From the NCBI RefSeq assembly GCF_030684315.1, contig NC_081376.1:18953018-19017017 (forward strand): a DNA stretch of 64,000 bases. The letters run 5' to 3'. The first letter of the stretch is position 1. Each line of letters starts with the position of its first letter. Shown one piece after another: positions 41,541-53,245 of the stretch. The translations under genes and the position numbers were made by a program. This stretch comes from Stegostoma tigrinum (lineage: Eukaryota). Below the pieces are notes generated by a model that was given only the letters and a program-made list of their open reading frames with translations, ran no database searches and had not been told where the DNA came from.

Positions 41541-42570
41541 TCAGGCATGTTCATTACTCATGGTGACTGTGTCATGCTGTTGGGATATCTGTTTTTTCCA
41601 TTTACTGATCTTAAGGGTTATAACTGTGACATTCGTTAGAGTAAATACAATTATGATGACATCTAGATCAGAGAGGAGATGGATCCGTGGATGGATCTGA
41701 ATATTTGTGCCCTAGTTCCGAAAGTCATCCCACCAATTAGTAAGCATAATCTTGTCGATTTCATACTGTAGTTTTTTTGGTACGCTGTACCACACAACGG
41801 AAAGTTTGGTGAGTGCTTGTTAATTGTATTAGAACCTCACAGGCTTTTTATCCCCATACCATACTTCTCAAAGAATTTCCAGACAGAATCTCTCAGTTCG
41901 TCAGTAATATTGATGAATGTCACTGGTCTTTGATGTATGTCAGTAAACTCTCTTAAGCCTACATATGAAGAATGTTAGGTTGAAATAAAAGGTGGTGTTT
42001 ATGATATTGCAGATGGAATTCCTATACTGATAGCTAACAAGTGAGGTTGTTACACAACATTCTTCCTGGCCCCATCCCCCATTGAATGAGACCGGTGTGA
42101 CACCAGTTTGCAGACTTCTATCACTGAGAGTGCGGTTTAAGTCACTGTTCATTAGGATATACAGGATAGGAGCAAACAATGGCATGTTCTGTTTGTTTGC
42201 ATTTACTCAGAATGGTGCCTATCAATGTCCCCTGTCTCTCCATAGCAAATGCAACAGTGTCATGGTAGCCCAGTCGAATATTTTTGTTAGAATTCCAATA
42301 TTTTCGACTTCAAAGGTCCTCAACCCAACTTTGCCACTAGGAATAATCGGAATCCCGAGTACTAAGCCCAGCAGCTCACTCAATGGTATCCTTGCAGTTG
42401 TTGTGATGCCACACATTGGTGAGCTGCTGTAACTGACAGCAGGAGATGTTGATGTGGGTTCTCTCCTGGAACAAATGTTTGAGGTGTTCATCACTAATCC
42501 AGGATGGTACCTTCCCTTGCCTAGCCTGCCAGAGGCCCTCTCTGCCCTGGGTGATCTGGTTCATTGTCTG
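41541..42570 (-). pseudogene. env: Frameshifted envelope glycoprotein, C-terminal half (class I/F-like)
   Basis: Stitched minus-strand frames: LWQARQGKVPSWISDEHLKHLF / LLGLVLGIPIIPSGKVGLRTFEVENIGI / TLIGTILSKCKQTEHAIVCSYPVY / CCVTTSLVSYQYRNSICNIINTTFYFNLT / FINITDELR / LQYEIDKIMLTNWWDDFRN*GTNIQIHPRIHLLSDLDVIIIVFTLTNVTVITLKISKWKK...stop. Has Cys pairs, N-glycosylation sequons, a Trp-rich juxtamembrane region, a hydrophobic segment with basic tail, and sits just upstream of PPT/LTR. Confidence 0.65.
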
Positions 42571-42849
42571 GGCGTGACCCTTAAGTCTCCTGAACTCGAT
42601 CTGTCAAACTTACCTGGTATCTTGCACATTCAGCCTGAGCTGGGTGTTGAGAGGATGGCTGCCCCACACAAATGCCAAGGTATAAATTGAGCATGCAAGA
42701 CCTTGGCACAGACCACAATGGAGCCTTATACCTGAAACTGTGACAAACAATGCACAAGCTAGGGAACTACACAAGATGCTGAGTTATCTCTTAAACAGAT
42801 TAACGGATCATGTAAACCTTTTAACATGATGGAGCAATCCCGAGCGAAA

Positions 42850-43775
42850 ACATGATATTATACCCTGAAACAAAATCTGTTTAAGAAATTGTCCAAATAG
42901 GCAAAATTTTGCAGCCAGTGTGGCATCAGGGTGAAAGTTCCCCAGTGCAGGACCTGTGGCAAGAAGCCCATAAAGAACTGGGAAAGAAAGCAGGAAATCT
43001 TACCCCAGTGATTGTTGCTGCCTGGAAGATTCTTGGGGTGAGGCAGCTGAGATCTGGTCATTCCGGAAAAAACCTACAAACGATGACAGAGAAGAATGCA
43101 AGGCTAGACCTCTTAAACTAAGATCAAAACAGAAAGTTGCAGGAAAACCCAATCCATATGGAACAGTTCCAGTCACAATTTGAAAGAGCCTATGGTAGCA
43201 AGAGGAGGGCTGTGGGGGATTGGGAAGCAGCCTTACTTTACGTTGACAGACAGAAACGAGAGTGTGGTGAGCTCCAAATGGCCATATTGGTCCTCAATGC
43301 CTGAAACACAGAGCAATTGGCATCAGGCCTCCACACAGAGCTTTGAAGTGCCAGGAACCAATGCAGATCCTCAAGAATTGGCACAGTGTGGAGCTGGAGG
43401 AACACAGCAGCTCAGACTGCATCAAAGGAGCAGGAAAGACAATGTTTCAGGTCGGGACCCTTCATCATAAGTCCTGAAAAAGGGTCCCAACCCAAAACAT
43501 TGACTTTCCTGCTCCTTTGGCACTGCCTGACCTGCTGCTTTCCTCCAGCCCTACACTGTACCGACCCTGGCTTTCGGCATCTGCAGTTCTTACAATCTCA
43601 CAGTCCCTCAAGAAACAGATAACCCGGAATGGGATAATGTGTGCCTTAGAGGTAGCAAGAGGCCCTGCACTGGCCCATCCACACCCAGTCTGCCACATCT
43701 TGCCACCTTCCTCCCAGGTGACTGCGCCTTCAGCGCCCAACCCCAATCTCTCACCTGACCTATACCCCGACTCAC
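42850..43775 (+). pseudogene. gag: Gag-like N-terminal fragment, inverted relative to LTRs/env
   Basis: WHQGESSPVQDLWQEAHKELGKKAGNL..., coiled-coil-like LQTMTEKNARLDLLN, and KCQEPMQILK/KQITRNGIMCAL (joined after removing the 43378-43605 insertion), then TAPSAPNPNLSPDLYPD with PSAP and LYPD motifs. Confidence 0.5.
43378..43605. mobile_element. Inverted-dimer Penelope-terminus element inserted in the gag-like region
   Basis: A minus copy followed by a plus copy of the PLE end; flanked by CCTCAAGAA at 43369-43377 and 43606-43614. Confidence 0.75.
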
Positions 43776-43786
43776 AGCTAACAAGC

Positions 43787-43804
43787 CTCTTAACAGCGAC
43801 ACCA
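43787..43804 (-). promoter_or_regulatory. Primer-binding-site-like sequence
   Basis: On the minus strand the LTR ends ...GACAACA, followed by TTT and TGGTGTCGCTGTTAAGAG. The priming tRNA is not assignable by eye. Confidence 0.5.
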
Positions 43805-43807
43805 AAA

Positions 43808-44667
43808 TGTTGTCCAGAACTGAGTGTCTCTAAGACCCTGTGGACTCCTTGACCAGGGCACACAGTATTGATTTAATCAGGCACCTTAGTATGTATCAGG
43901 AAAGGACTACACAGCACGAGCCTGCAGTGAGTGAATCGGGTCGCAATTTCATTTGAAGACAACAAAAGAGTTAAACTTGACAATTTTAACAACTGTATTT
44001 GTAACTATCTGATTCTTTAGAAACATAAAATACTTCCCAGATACTTATAACTCTTGCTGGTCTGTCAAATTGTGCAGTCTGGTCCGAGGGTGAACTGCTC
44101 TGGTCATTACTGTATCCCAATGTACCTCCCGGTAGGCTGGAGAATAGTGTCTAATTGAATCATGCTGGGCTGGATTCTTCCCCCTTCCTGGTTACCTTCT
44201 GGGAACTTTCCACGATTTTCCCAATCAGAGATATTGAAGTAATTGGTTTTATCACACTGAAATGCTGCTAATGGCTCTCGGTGGATTGCTTAACAGTGAA
44301 TCCTATGATGTGGCTGTTCTTCAGCCTGAAAGCCTGGTTTTGTCCCAGCACACACACATGAGCTTTTGCCTTACTGAGCCATGCCTGTCCCATGTTGTTT
44401 GTTTGTCAGGAAGGGCTGGATTGCCTATTCACAGTTCCTAATGTGTTCTGGTGCCTCTCTGGTTTTCAATTGTCTGGGTTTAGATCTTGCAAGGACTTGT
44501 CTTTAGGCAGAATTATCTCTTGTGTATCAGTCTTGGCTCAGGCATTCCCAGTATACTTTGCTTTTTGGTCAATTTTTACACCCTGTTCATTTCAGTAGCT
44601 GTGCTTGTATTTCTGACCTCCCTTCCCAATTGTTTTTACTTCACTTGTGCAGTCATATGCTGCTACA
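43808..44667 (-). repeat. 5' LTR
   Basis: TG...CA termini (TGTTG at 43808, CTACA ending at 44667); direct repeat of 39796-41154. Confidence 0.85.
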
Positions 44668-45087
44668 AGGCCCTGCACTCTCTGTTGAATTAGCAGATAA
44701 TCCAGTTTCCCTTTTGAATGTTAACTGAGTGATTTGCATTCTGTGTGCAATCTGAAACTTAATGATGCAAAGCAATACGAGCAGGAGTATAAGAAGGTCA
44801 ATGACAACCTCCAGATTGCTTTGCCATTCAATAAGATCATGGTTGATTTGAATGTAGACTTAACTTTACTCTTCACCTGCCCGCCCATAACCCTCGACTC
44901 CCTTGCCAATCAAAAATCTGTTGGAAACAGTCTTAAATATACTCACTGAGCCAGCCTCCAGTGCTGTCCGTGATAAAGATTACCAGAGACTGATAACCCT
45001 CTGAGAGAAGAGATTCCTCTTTAATCAGTCTTAAATGTGAGACACATGATAAAGACCTTTTTATTTTCCTGTATTTTCAATTGTGAA

Positions 45088-45197
45088 CTGAAACAGAGAG
45101 AGGATTGCTTTAAAAGCAAAGTATGCTGGGAATGCCTGAGCCAAGACTGACACACAAGTGATAATTTTGCCAAAAGACAAGTCCTTGCAAGATTTGA
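45088..45197 (+). repeat. Inverted fragment of the same LTR family
   Basis: AAAAGCAAAGTATGCTGGGAATGCCTGAGCCAAGACTGACACACAAG...AAAGACAAGTCCTTGCAAGAT is the reverse complement of about 44483-44597. Confidence 0.8.
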
Positions 45198-45805
45198 ATA
45201 GGATTACAGCACTTCTTAAAAGCAGGTTACCTGCTATGTAAGCGTTGCTTACACTGCTGTTTGTTCAAGCAGTAGTGGAGCTTTCATCGCAGACAAACTG
45301 GAATCAGGGCATGCCTTTAAAATGAGATTTGATCAGCTACACTTAGCTGATTGGTTTGTGGAATCATGCTCAGTTATCAGTGGCAGAGGCTTTCTGCCTG
45401 GCTGAGGTTACCACAAAAGACTTTCCTTCTGAACCACTCCTCCTACCTAAGGTGTGATGACCCTCAGGTTAAACTCCCACCAGGCTGACTAATGAGACAG
45501 CAATCCGATGGTTTGGTAAGGCAATGGCAATTTTACCTTTGACTTGACAACAACAACCTGATAAGCTGCCGGGTGGCCGAACAGATGTTGGCCAAAAGTC
45601 ATTGGACCTCCAGAAAAGAAGATGCTATTCTTCCCTTTGCTGCAAGCAAAAAACACCACAAGCCTGAGGAAAGCCAGTTTATTTTCACTCATTGGTTGCT
45701 GTAATCTGTGGCTTTTAAGCAATAGGTCAGAGGCCTTATAAGTGTGGTCGAAGCCTTCTATGCCACTGGCAAGCAAACTGCATTTATTTCAATGCAAGAG
45801 GCCTA

Positions 45806-47950
45806 AAAGGTAAGGCAGATAAACTCAGGGCATGGTTGGGAACATTGGACTGAGCTATTGTAGCGCTTACAGAGATGTCGTCAAAATTGGCCTTCAGTCT
45901 ATCCTTTTGCATCACTAAAACTAATAGAATTATGGTCACTGGCCCCAAAGTGCTCCTGCAATGACACCTCAGTCACCAGCCCTGCCTTATGTCCCAAGAA
46001 CAGGTCATATTTTGCTCGTTCCTGGTAGGTACATCCACATACCAAATCAGAAAGTTTTCTTGTACATACTTTAACAAATTCTTCCCCATCCAAACCTTTA
46101 ACACTATGGCAGTCCCAGTCTATCTAAACATATAAAGGCAGTAGGAGTGTACTTAAGAGGGAAATCAGGAGACCAAAAAAGGGACATGAGATAGCTTTGG
46201 CAAATAGAGTTAATGAGAATCCACAAAAAGTCCTTTAAATACATTAAGGACAAAAGAATGACAATGGAGAGAATAGGGCCCCTTAAAGATCAGCAGGTCA
46301 TCTATGTGTGGAATGACAGGAGAGGAGGGAGATGCTAAATAAGTATTTTTAATCAGTGTTTACAATGAAAAAGGATGTGGAAGGTAGAGAATGTAGGGAA
46401 ATAAATAGTGACACCTTGAAAAATGTCCATGCTACAGAGAAGCAGGTCCTGGATGTCTTAAAACACATGAAGGTGGATAAATCCCTGGGGCCTGATCAGG
46501 TATACCCTAGAACTCTGTGGGAAGCGAGGGAAGTGATTGCTGGGCCCCCTTGCTGAGATATTTGTATCATCGATAGCCACAGGTGAGGTGGTGCCATTAT
46601 TTAAGAATAGCGATAAGGGAAAAGCCAGGGAATATGCACCAGTGAGCCTGAAATCAGGGGTGTGCAAATTGTTGGACATAATCCTGAGAGCCAGGATTTA
46701 CATGTATTTGGAAAGGTAAGGACTGATTAGAGTTTGTCAATGTGGCTTTGTGCGGGGGAAATCTTGTCTCGCTAAGTTGGTTGAGTTTGTTGAAGAAGTA
46801 ACGAAGAGGATTGATGAGGGCAGAGTGGTAGACATGATCTACATGGGCTTCAGTAAGGTGTTAGCATGGTTAGATCACATGACATACAGGGAGAACTACA
46901 TGAACTGGCTTGAAGGTAGAAGATAGATGGTGGTGGTACAGGGTTGCTTTTCAGTCTGGAAGCTTGTGACCAGCAGTGTGTCACAAGGATTGGCAATGGG
47001 TCCACTGCTTTTTGTCATTTATACAAATGATTTGTAATTGAACATAGGAGGTTTGCAGGTGACACCAAAATTGGGCATGCAGTGGACAGTGAAGAAGGTT
47101 ACCTCAGAGTACAATGGGACGTTGATCAGATTGGCCAATGGGCTGGAGAGTTGCCGATGGAGTTTAATTTAGATAAATATGAGGTGCCGCAATGTGAAAA
47201 GACAAGTCAAGGCAGGACTTATACACTCAATGGTAAGGTCCTGGGGGGTGTTGCTGAACAAAGAAACCTTGGCATGCAGGTTCACAATTTCTTGAAAGTG
47301 GAGTCACATGTGGATAGGATGGTGAAGAAGGTGTTTGGTATACTTGGCTTTAATGTTCAGTGCATTGAGTATAGGAGTTGAGAGCACGTGTTGTGGCTGT
47401 GCAGGACATTGGTTAGACCACTTTTGGAATACTGCATGCAGTTCTGGTTTCCCTCCTATAGGAAGGATGTTGTGAAACTTGAAAAAGTTCAGAAAAGATT
47501 AACAATGATGTTGCCAGGATTGGAGTGTTTAAATTATACGGAAGAACTTGAATAGGCTGGGGGCTATTTTCCCTGGAGCACAGGAGACTGAGGGGTGATC
47601 TTATAAAAGTTTATAAATCATGAGGGGCATGGATAGGATAATTAAGCAAGGTCTTTTCCCAGGGGTAGGGGAGCACAAAACTAAAGGGCATAGCTTTAAG
47701 GTGAGAAGGAAAATTTTAAAAGGGACCCAAGGGACAACGTTTTTACACAGAGGGTGGTGCACGTATGGAATGAGCTGCCAGAGGAAGTGGTGGATGCAGG
47801 TACAGTTACTGAGTATCTGGATGGGTATATGAATAGGAAGGGTTGAGAGAGATATGGGCCACATGCTGGCAAATGGGACTAGATTAATATCTAGTCAGCA
47901 TGGATGAGTCGGACTGAAGGATCTGTTTCTGTGCAGTATATACCTCTAAA
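45806..47950 (+). mobile_element. CR1 LINE ORF2 with an internally inverted endonuclease segment
   Basis: Plus-strand GKADKLRAWLGT (endonuclease start), minus-strand EHFGASDHNSISF at 45895-46125, then plus-strand RT (KSLGPDQVYPRTL, MEFNLDK) to the 3' UTR. Confidence 0.85.
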
Positions 47951-48986
47951 TCTATGGCAGTAAGTGAAAGAAGGAAGGTCATGCAGCAGTACTCCTGACA
48001 AGCCAAGGGATTATCTCAGTGAACCCCATGCCAGCAACTGTGTCTGTTTGTATGTATTACGGAGTGAAAGGTTAAATGAAATGATAGTCATTTTAGAAGT
48101 AGTTAATACTGCTTTTAAATTCTCAAATGCCTCCTTGCATTGTTCTGCCCACTGAAATCTCATGTTCTTCTTTAACAAATCCATCAGTAGTGCCACTACA
48201 CTACTAAAGTTTGGGTCAAACTTCCAGAAGGATCCACTCAGTCCCAAAAAGCATAACAGTTCCCTCTTCAAGGATGGTGTTGGAAATTCCTCGATGGCCT
48301 TCGTCTTCATGTTCCTTGGCGTCATCCTTCCATGTCTGATGTTGCGTCCTAAGAAGGTCACTTCCACTTTTGTAAGTTCAATTTTTGCTAAATTTAGGGC
48401 CAGTTTTGCCTTACATAGTCTTTCAAACAGCTCTGCCAAATGAGCCATGTGATCTTTCCACAAACGGTGAAAGATCTCTAAGTCATCTAAATAGACAACA
48501 CCACAAGTCAATCCTGCTACAATTCTGTTCATAAGGCTTTGAAAAGTGGCTGGTGTGTTGTTCATTCCAAAGGGTATTCCCTTAAATTGATATAGTCCAT
48601 TTGGGATTACAAATGCAGAAACGTCTTTCGCTGTCTCTGGCCAAGATACTTCCCAGTAACCACAAAGTAAGTCCAACTTTGGGATGTACACACGCTCTTC
48701 CAGTCTTGGAATTGGGTATGAGTCTGAGTTAGTCACTGTGTTGATCTTCCAATAAGCCATGTAGAAACATTGAGTATCTTTAGGTTTGGAACCAATATTT
48801 TCAGCAAACTTCACTCACTTTGACTCAACTTGATGATGTCTTCTTGCAGCATCGCTTCCACTTCCAACTATACCTGTGCTTCTTTGAGAGGATTAAGCTT
48901 GTAGGCGTTTTGTTTTATTGAAACAGCATTCCCTATATCAACCTCATGTACTATAGTATCAATTCCCCTCATTCTATTTCTACATA

Positions 48987-50130
48987 CAGTCGTTTCTGCT
49001 ATAATGTGTGTTCCGACAACGTGAATTGCCTATAACACGACTGACGAATGGGGAACGCTATTTCTAAAACGTGAACTTGTGTTGTCTCCATTGTGTGGTT
49101 CCATTGGTGCATGAAGGAGTACGCATCACATGATCATTTCATGCAATGAAAAAGCAATCTGGGACCACCTTTCTCACCATAAAAGAGAAAGCCTCATCAA
49201 TTTATGAAGATCTAACAATAAAAAGCTGAAAATCCTGCAGAAGTGCCTGTTTTTAATGCTAGCGGTGGCTGGTTTGTTGGTTTTAAGAACTGTTATGCTT
49301 TTTATAATGTAAAGTTATGTGGTGAATCTGCCACTGCAGGTGAGGACCATGAGATGGTATTTCCTCCCATAGTAAAAAAAATTAATTGACGAAGAAGGCT
49401 ACAACTTAGATCAATTGTTCAATTTGGATGAGACAAGTTTATATGGAAGTGAACGCCATCAAGAATATACATTTCTATGAATGAAGCACACACTCCAGAC
49501 TTTCAGGTGGCAAAGGATCGTACAGCTGCGCTGCTTGATGCCAATACCAGTGGAGACTTAAAGCTTAAGTCTGTGGTGGTGTATCATTCTATAAATTCCC
49601 ATGAACCTTGAAAGGTTATCTTAAGTGTACTCCAGGCATCTACTTTAGATCAAGCAAAAGAGGTTTTTTAAGGGAAGGTGTTAAATTTACTTTTATTTCA
49701 TTATTAGATATGAACTAAACATTTATTCAAATTGTGCTATCCTTTGTGTTAGGCTTTTGAGCGACCTTTGCGTGATTTTGAGTTTTTTTTTGGTGGCCTG
49801 CCCCTCGCACTGTTTTTCCTTTAGGTCTGTTATTTCAATGATAACAAGGTGTGGAGCTGGATGAACACAGCAGGCCAAGCAGCATCAGAGGAGCAGGAAG
49901 GCTGACATTTCAGCCTAGACCCTTTCTGAAGAAGGGTCTAGGCCCAAAACATCAGCTTTCCTGCTCCTCTGATGCTGCTTGGCCTGCTGGGTTCATCCAG
50001 CTCTACACCTTGTTATCTCAGATTCTCCAGCATCAGTAGTTCCTAGTATCTCTGTTATTTCTATTGCACGATTTTCTATGACACAATGTTGTACAGGAAT
50101 GTAACTATCACACTACAGCAGAACCAACTG
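48987..50130 (+). mobile_element. Tigger/pogo-type DNA transposon (internally deleted)
   Basis: TIRs CAGTCGTTTCTGCTATAATGTG / CACACTACAGCAGAACCAACTG, TA at 48985-86 and 50131-32, and transposase remnants FNASGGWFVGFK, GESA, LFNLDETSL and KDR...ANTSGDLKLK. Confidence 0.9.
49840..50050. mobile_element. Inverted-dimer Penelope-terminus element inside the Tigger
   Basis: Near-palindromic pair of PLE ends; flanked by TCTGTTATTTC at 49826 and 50051. Confidence 0.8.
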
Positions 50131-53100
50131 TACATCCTCATAGTGCTGCAACAAGCCTTTTAATTCAGTTATCTGCTCCTGAGACAGATAGCTTACTATC
50201 CTACCCCATTTTTTAAGGATTTCCTCATTATTTAATTTATTCTGAAGCACATCAAAATCCACATTATCTGGATTTGATTCCTCATTCTGAGTGGAAAATA
50301 TCTAATACCCATTTCTACAGTTCCCTTTCCCTGTCATAGTAAGTTTTCGGCATGTTCACATGACATACCTGATAAAAGATTTTTCCTAAGTGGCATCTTT
50401 ACCAGATAATTCACCTGACTTAACTTCTTTTCAATCTGTTAGGGACAACTAAACCTTGCTTTGAAGGGTTCTTCTACTTTATCCCCAGGGGCAAATGTAC
50501 AAATTTTAGAATTCTCATTTGCTTCTTGCTTCATTAGATGCTATCAAATGTTGTCTAGCTAATTCACCTGCTCTGTTTAATCTTTCCGTCACCTCAAACA
50601 CATAATCCTCACGGTCTCTGACTTCAGACCTGTCAACTTTTCCATAATTTTAAAGTCCCTCTTACTTCACGTCCGATTATCAGTTCAAATGGAGTAAACT
50701 GTGGTGATATATTTGTAGCATCTCTAACAGCAAGCAATATAAATGAGATACTTTTATCCCCATCATTTGGGTAATCCTGGCAAAAAGCCATCAGCATGGT
50801 CTTAAGGGTCCAATTCCACCTTTCCATTGCTCCCTGGGATTCAGGATGGTACACACTGAACTATCCATGACCTTGTTAAATAATTTGGCAGCAAAAATTG
50901 ACCCTTGGTCTGATTGAATCTCCCTGGGTTATCCATATGGATAAAGAAAGCAAGCAACTCCTCCATAACCCTTTTTACATTGACGTTCCAAAATGGAACT
51001 GGCTCTGGATATCTGATAGACACATCCATTGTGGTTAGCAAATACTGGCTCCCATGATTGGTTTCAGAGAGGAGGCCTATATATTCAACCATAACCCGCA
51101 TGAATGGTTCTTCAAATATGGGAATTGGCATCAAAGGCACTGGTTTTATTACTGCCTGTAGCTTTCCTACCATTTGACTAGTATGACAGGTACAGCAAAA
51201 TTCAATAACATCTTCATGTAGTCCAGGCCAATAGAAATGCTTCGGTATTTTAGTTTAAGTCTTCCACAGCCCTGAGTGACCTCCTACAGGTAATTTGCGT
51301 GCTACTCACAATGCGTCCTGTCTGTACACTACCAGCAACACAATCTGGTGAACTTCAGTCCACTTCTCCTCTGCACTAACCTGCAAAGGTCTCCATTTTT
51401 GCCTGAGGATTCTAACTTTAAGGTAATAACATTTCGGAATACATTCTGATTCCTTTTCAAAGTAAGCCTTATGATATAACTCTTTTATTGTCTCACCTTT
51501 TTGTTGTAAGCGCTGTCTGATCTTCTACCTATTTGTTTAGGGGTTTCCTTTGCTATTTCATCAAACAGGGTGTCAGATAACGGAACCTCAACTCCATCTT
51601 CATCTTTCTCTTTGATTTTCCTCTCTTGCTTTAACTATGACAGTGGGATCTTGTTACCACACAGTCTGAAAAAATTCCAAGGTAGTGTAACTCCTCAATT
51701 CCCTGGTTTTCCTCCAACTTTTCCACTCCAAGATGTATCACTCCCACCTTTGATCCTGCTAGGCTGTTGCCATGAAGAAACTGTATTCCTGGAATTGACA
51801 CTCTTTCAGTTACTCCCCCTGTCACTTCCTCAGTCTCGATTGAACTTTCTAGCCCTATTTTACACAGGGGAGCACTAAATCTCTCTCTATTTATTCCACA
51901 GACTATCACTCTCTCGGGTAACATTTCAAAAGGAGTGCAAATACTTTCATATCAGAGACTGACCAGCTCCCGTATCTCTCAATATTTTAACTTAATTACC
52001 TTCTCTTTGTGTTCTTCCTGCATAAACCTTACCTACAGAGGTGAAGCCTTTGAAGAGATTGGGCACTGTCTCACTACCCAACCCGTCACTAAGCTGTGCA
52101 CTCTCCTGCAGCTTCTCAATGTCTCTTGGGATTTCCTCCACAATCTCTACCAATCCCATTGGTTTAACCACTTTTACCACATCCTTTTCCCAATGCCTCT
52201 CTTAAACCACCAGCACCGTGACTTTGTGTCCCTCTCTATTACAGTGGAAACACCTGAGGCCTTTCATCTCATTTCAACCCTCTTGGATTTGTTTTTCACA
52301 CGTAGTAAATTGTTCCCAATGTGATCTACTTCTTGTTTCTCATTGAAGGATCTCCCTTTTTCCCAATTTCTATCCCTCACGGAATGGAATTGCTGTAAGA
52401 AGCTAAACTTCGATTTATGCGCTAATGCATATGCATCCACCATCTCCGCAGCTCTTCTTAATTTGGTTACTTTCTGTTCCTCAACATGAGTTCTTATTAT
52501 TTCTAGAGATTAATCCAGCAGAATAATTTCTCTAAGATCCTCGTATGTCTTTTCTATCATTAATGTTCTCACCCATCCATCCAAGTTGCTATGTTTAATC
52601 CTCTCAAACTCGACATAAATCTGACTTGATTCCTTCCTTATATTTATGAACCGTTATCTATAAGCTTCTGGTGCCAATTTGTAGGCAATCAAAATAGCCT
52701 GTTTTATTGCCTTATATTCTCTTGACACCTCATCTGACAGCACTGCAAACATCTCACTAGCCATGTCTACCAATATGTTCTGAATTATGCTTACCCACAT
52801 GTCTTCTGGCCACTTCAACCGTTTAGCCAATTTCTCAAAGGAAACGAAAAAGGCTTTGATATCTTTATCATCGAATTTTGATAGTGTTTTGACATATTTA
52901 TATCTATCCCTATCAGGTCTTTGTTACAATGGATCTGCTCATCATCACTCTCTTCCTCACTAACCATATCTTCTACCTTCATTTCCATCATTTTAAGTCA
53001 GCTAATCCACTAAATTTGCAACTTCTGAAGCCCAAAATCTCTCTCTTTCTCCCTTTCTTCTCTTTCATTTTCCCTTTCTTCTCTCTCTTTTTCTTTTTGT

Positions 53101-53245
53101 CCCTCCTCTTCTTGTAACCATAATGCAAACAATTCCCTCTCCTGTTCAAGCTAATTGCCAGGTCTGTTTAATTCTGCTGGGACCTTTTGTACTCCAAATC
53201 TGTTCAAATCGTTCTAGCCAGATCCTGGACCCACGGCCCCGAATC

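Larger units (their letters stand above)
39796..44667 (-). mobile_element. Endogenous LTR element (deleted, rearranged provirus) with env-like and gag-like remnants
   Basis: Two direct repeats of about 0.86 kb, AGGC TSD at 39792-39795 and 44668-44671, PBS-like TGG 3 nt inside the right LTR, and PPT-like AAGAGAAGTGA next to the left LTR. Confidence 0.8.

Noticed and set aside
42570-42670. Possible integrase C-terminal remnant (ECARYQVSLTDRVQET) upstream of env
   Set aside because: Too short, with no catalytic motif; cannot be supported by eye.
42905-42965. CSQC...CRTC zinc-finger-like motif in an alternative frame
   Set aside because: Bounded by stops; the overlapping frame gives the more coherent gag-like sequence, so this is probably chance.
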